Below, in pieces: positions 61,192 through 64,000 of a stretch of DNA of 64,000 nt; positions within the stretch are counted from its first letter, which is position 1, and each line of letters begins with the position of its first letter. The translations under genes were made by a program, and so were the position numbers. This DNA is from an uncultured Planctomycetaceae bacterium (GTDB lineage Bacteria; Planctomycetota; Planctomycetia; Isosphaerales; Isosphaeraceae): positions 3,168,001 through 3,232,000 of the forward strand of contig CAWIAD010000002.1 of assembly GCA_963833985.1 (NCBI GenBank), written 5' to 3'. The notes beneath the pieces are model-generated. The model did no database searches. It was given only the letters and a program-made list of their open reading frames with translations, and was not told the origin of the DNA.

Positions 61192-62187
61192 ATGGTCAGG
61201 CACAGGCGGGGCAGAGGCGCGAACACCGGAAAGTGGGTGGCCCTGGTGCTGGGAGCGACGCTCCTTCGCGGCACCGAGGTGCAGGCACAAACGGGGTCCA
61301 TGGAGGTGGCTTCGCAAGTTCTGGTTCCACCCCCGCCAGTGACGGCGGTCCCGCCGATCAAGGCGGGCTGGCTGCACCACCCGCCTACGACGGCCGGCAC
61401 GCTGGGCTACGGGCCTCCAGGCGTGTATCCCGGCTTCCAGGGGTTTGGACTGGGTTATCACCTGGGCTACGGCTACGGCGGATACGCCCTGGGTCCCGGC
61501 CTGTTCGGAGGCTACCCCTTCTACGGAGGGCCCGGCTATCCCTGCGGGATGGTGCCGCAGCTTCGGCGGCTCGGCCCCATCGTTCCGTTCCCCTACAATG
61601 GAAGCCCCGGCTATCCCACGCCCGAGCATCCCAACTATTACGGTCAGTTCGGCCCGCTCGTCCCTGACAGGCCGGTGGTCACGGTTATCAGCGATCGCGG
61701 CGAGGAGGTCACAGGAACCGGCTACGGGGACTTCACGGGCGCCGTCGCCAACCCGGAAGCTCTCTTCGCCCCGTTCACCGCGCGGGCCGCGGCGGGCGTC
61801 TCCTCGATGCGGGCACGATCCACCAACCCGGTGCTGGGCTCGCCTCCACTGCCAGGCGCCGGCGCAGGGCAACCGGTCAACGGCGGGATCGACGGGCTAT
61901 CTCCCTCGCCCCGCGCCCGTAACCTTCTGGGCCTCGAGGCCGAGCCTGCTGCCGCGCCTGATGGGGCAAAAGGCATGAGGATCACCCAGATCGCTCCCGG
62001 CTCGGCAGCCGAGCGGGCCGGTCTCCACGTGGGCGATCTCATCCTGTCCATCAACAATTACCTGACCCAGCAGAGAGGCAACATGGAGTGGGTCTTCGTG
62101 AATGCCGCGCCCAGCAACATCTTGCAGATCAACGTGAAGTCCGCGAGCGACGGCCAGGTCCACCCGGTCACCACCCAGGTTCCCTGA
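61192..62187 (+). CDS. Exported Gly/Tyr/Pro-rich protein with a C-terminal PDZ domain
   Basis: Signal peptide, GYG-rich low-complexity region, GMRITQIAPGSAAERAGLHVGDLILSIN. Confidence 0.85.
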   Translation: MVRHRRGRGANTGKWVALVLGATLLRGTEVQAQTGSMEVASQVLVPPPPVTAVPPIKAGWLHHPPTTAGTLGYGPPGVYPGFQGFGLGYHLGYGYGGYALGPGLFGGYPFYGGPGYPCGMVPQLRRLGPIVPFPYNGSPGYPTPEHPNYYGQFGPLVPDRPVVTVISDRGEEVTGTGYGDFTGAVANPEALFAPFTARAAAGVSSMRARSTNPVLGSPPLPGAGAGQPVNGGIDGLSPSPRARNLLGLEAEPAAAPDGAKGMRITQIAPGSAAERAGLHVGDLILSINNYLTQQRGNMEWVFVNAAPSNILQINVKSASDGQVHPVTTQVP

Positions 62188-62347
62188 CACGGGCCCCAGA
62201 ACGGCCACATGCCCTGCGACGGCTGTTTCTCATCCATCCTCTCGACAGAACCCGCGGGCGCGGCAAGCCATACCTTGCCGCGCCCGCCTGTTTTCTCATT
62301 TTGGGCAGTTTGCCATACCTTATACAGTTTCGCCCGCATAACTTCTC

Positions 62348-62376
62348 TTGACATTCCCCCTATCTTGCCGCATGAT
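62348..62376 (+). promoter_or_regulatory. sigma70-type promoter of the Gly/Ser/His peptide locus
   Basis: TTGACA, 17-bp spacer, CATGAT. Confidence 0.65.
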
Positions 62377-62689
62377 TCTTCTCGCTAGCCTATCCAGGGC
62401 ACTCAGTTTACCAGGTCTACGGAAACGGCATGCTTCAGCACCAGGTTGTTGTCACTCCGCCTTCCGACAAGCGCCGGATGCCGGGGGTATGCAACCCGGC
62501 TGAAACATTGTCGCCGGGTTTTCGCCCGGCGGCATGACGTGATCTCTGACGGCCTGGAAACAGGGTTCGGCAAGGTTGCCACGCCGGGGTTGCCCGGCGA
62601 TAGGTGAGCGGTTGGGCGATCGAACGACATCTTCGGTTCAGTTCATCCGTGATGAAACCGGGCTTGATTCACATCACACGAGGGTACCC

Positions 62690-63070
62690 ATGACGAAGTC
62701 TCGAAGCTCCATCCTGACACTGGCCACAACGGGAGTTCTCACCCTGGCACTCGGCGCCGGCCCCGTGCTTGCAGCGGGCGGCTCCAGCGGAGGCGGCTCC
62801 AGCGGAGGCGGTTCCAGTGGTGGCGGGCTCTTCCACCACAAGAAGAGCGGTGGCTCCAGCGGAGGCGGTTCCAGTGGCGGCGGGTTCATGCACCACGGCT
62901 CCAGCGGCGGCTCCAGTGGTGGCGGGTTCATGCACCACAGCGGAGGCTCGAGCGGAGGCTCCAGCGGTGGCGGCCATCACAAGAAAAGCGGCGGTTCCAG
63001 CGGTGGCGGCCTGTTCCACCACAAGAGCGGCGGTTCCAGCGGTGGCGGCTCGAGCGGCGGATCGTACTGA
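62690..63070 (+). CDS. Secreted Gly/Ser/His-rich repeat peptide (126 aa)
   Basis: GAGGG SD; Sec signal ending PVLA; mature part made of GGSSGG repeats with LFHHK, FMHH and HHKK motifs. Confidence 0.85.
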   Translation: MTKSRSSILTLATTGVLTLALGAGPVLAAGGSSGGGSSGGGSSGGGLFHHKKSGGSSGGGSSGGGFMHHGSSGGSSGGGFMHHSGGSSGGSSGGGHHKKSGGSSGGGLFHHKSGGSSGGGSSGGSY

Positions 63071-63234
63071 GCCGCGTCCTCTTGCAGGCCCTCCCGTCGC
63101 GCTCGTTCAGACTCACGCTGAAAGGAAGCGTGACGCGGAGGGTGATTCGTCGACTCCTACCGGGAACGATCGCAGGACACGATCTTCCCGGTTGTTCGTT
63201 GTTCAGGCTGCATGACCCAGCGGGAGATCCTCTC

Positions 63235-63816
63235 ATGTCCAGCAACTTCCTTGCGGACGCCAGCGGTTCGCGGCCGGACTCCGCCCAGCGCCCACGCTTC
63301 AGCCGGTATGGCCGCTGGCTGGTCAGTCTCTGGCTGGTCTTTCATGTCGTGGCCATCACCAGCGCCCCGGCCGCCCTGGAGCCAACGTCCGATCTTTTCG
63401 CCTCGATCCACGAGGCCTGCCAGCCCTATCTCGAGGCGCTCTTTCTGGACCATGGCTACCACTTCTTCGCACCCGAGCCGGAAGAGAGCAACCTGCTGGC
63501 GTTCGAGGCACAGCGTCCGGACGGATCGGTCGTCGCGGGGCGCATCCCCGATCGGGCCACGCGGCCCCGTCTGCTCTACCACCGCTACTTCATGCTCACC
63601 GAGCACATGAGCAAGGCCCCTGAAGAATTCCGGGATCTCTGGAACCGGTCGTACGCAGATCACCTGGGCCACGAACATGGGGCCACGCAAGTGGAGCTGA
63701 CGCAGCAGACGCACCTGCTGTCGTCGATGGAGCGAGTTCGAGAGGGAGGACGGCTGGACGATCCGGAGAGCTACGAGGACCACTTTCTGGGGAGCTTCGC
63801 ATGCGACGGGCACTGA
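63235..63816 (+). CDS. SdpA/DUF5819-like single-TM protein
   Basis: N-terminal TM (WLVSLWLVFHVVAI), PYL..LFLDHGYHFFAPEP motif, LLYHRYFML; overlaps the start of the next gene. Confidence 0.6.
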   Translation: MSSNFLADASGSRPDSAQRPRFSRYGRWLVSLWLVFHVVAITSAPAALEPTSDLFASIHEACQPYLEALFLDHGYHFFAPEPEESNLLAFEAQRPDGSVVAGRIPDRATRPRLLYHRYFMLTEHMSKAPEEFRDLWNRSYADHLGHEHGATQVELTQQTHLLSSMERVREGGRLDDPESYEDHFLGSFACDGH

Positions 63817-64000
63817 GCGGGTTCGCTCGGCGAGTCACGGCAACGGCAGGCTCGCTGGCCGACGGCTGGAACAGCTTCTGGTTCCGGCCCGCCGATCCCA
63901 CCCTGCTGGGGCTGGTGCGCATCCTGACGGGGCTCATGCTCCTCTACACGCATGCCGTCTGGAGCCTGGCACTGCGGCAGTTCTTCCGGCCCGATGGATG
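63801..64000 (+). CDS. HTTM-domain (SdpB/vitamin-K carboxylase-like) membrane protein, N-terminal part
   Basis: Manual translation MRRALSG..GWNSFWFRPADPTLLGLVRILTGLMLLYTHAVW..FFRPDG resembles an HTTM N-terminus; runs off the window. Confidence 0.65.
   Translation, partial: MRRALSGFARRVTATAGSLADGWNSFWFRPADPTLLGLVRILTGLMLLYTHAVWSLALRQFFRPDG

Overview
High-GC bacterial chromosomal segment. DUF4058, DUF1559 and LEPR-XLL-type proteins suggest a planctomycete (Isosphaeraceae-like); this is an inference. Housekeeping and metabolic genes: ruvAB, a Sua5/TsaC-type t6A synthase, pyruvoyl arginine decarboxylase with a deoxyhypusine-synthase-like gene, oleC/oleD, tRNA-Glu, a tungsten AOR-family oxidoreductase, rsfS, argS, truA, asd and purD. 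Accessory and unusual elements: (i) a head-to-tail dimer of a 1740-bp ISKra4-type element with three copies of its 9-bp target duplication; (ii) a decaying AT-richer island carrying a truncated C5-cytosine methyltransferase, an endonuclease III-like gene and a Dam-like methyltransferase, hit by an IS701-type element; (iii) a Y1/RAYT-type tyrosine transposase and a deleted copy of it bracketing a PIN toxin-antitoxin pair; (iv) a tRNA-Lys(UUU) gene split at anticodon position 34/35 by a 326-nt group I intron; (v) a duplicated RND/MFP/TolC efflux locus; (vi) at the right edge, a secreted Gly/Ser/His repeat peptide followed by SdpA-like and HTTM/SdpB-like genes, a candidate peptide-maturation system. 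Many genes, including argS, carry apparent small frameshifts that look like assembly indel errors. All family assignments come from motif recognition; no searches were run.
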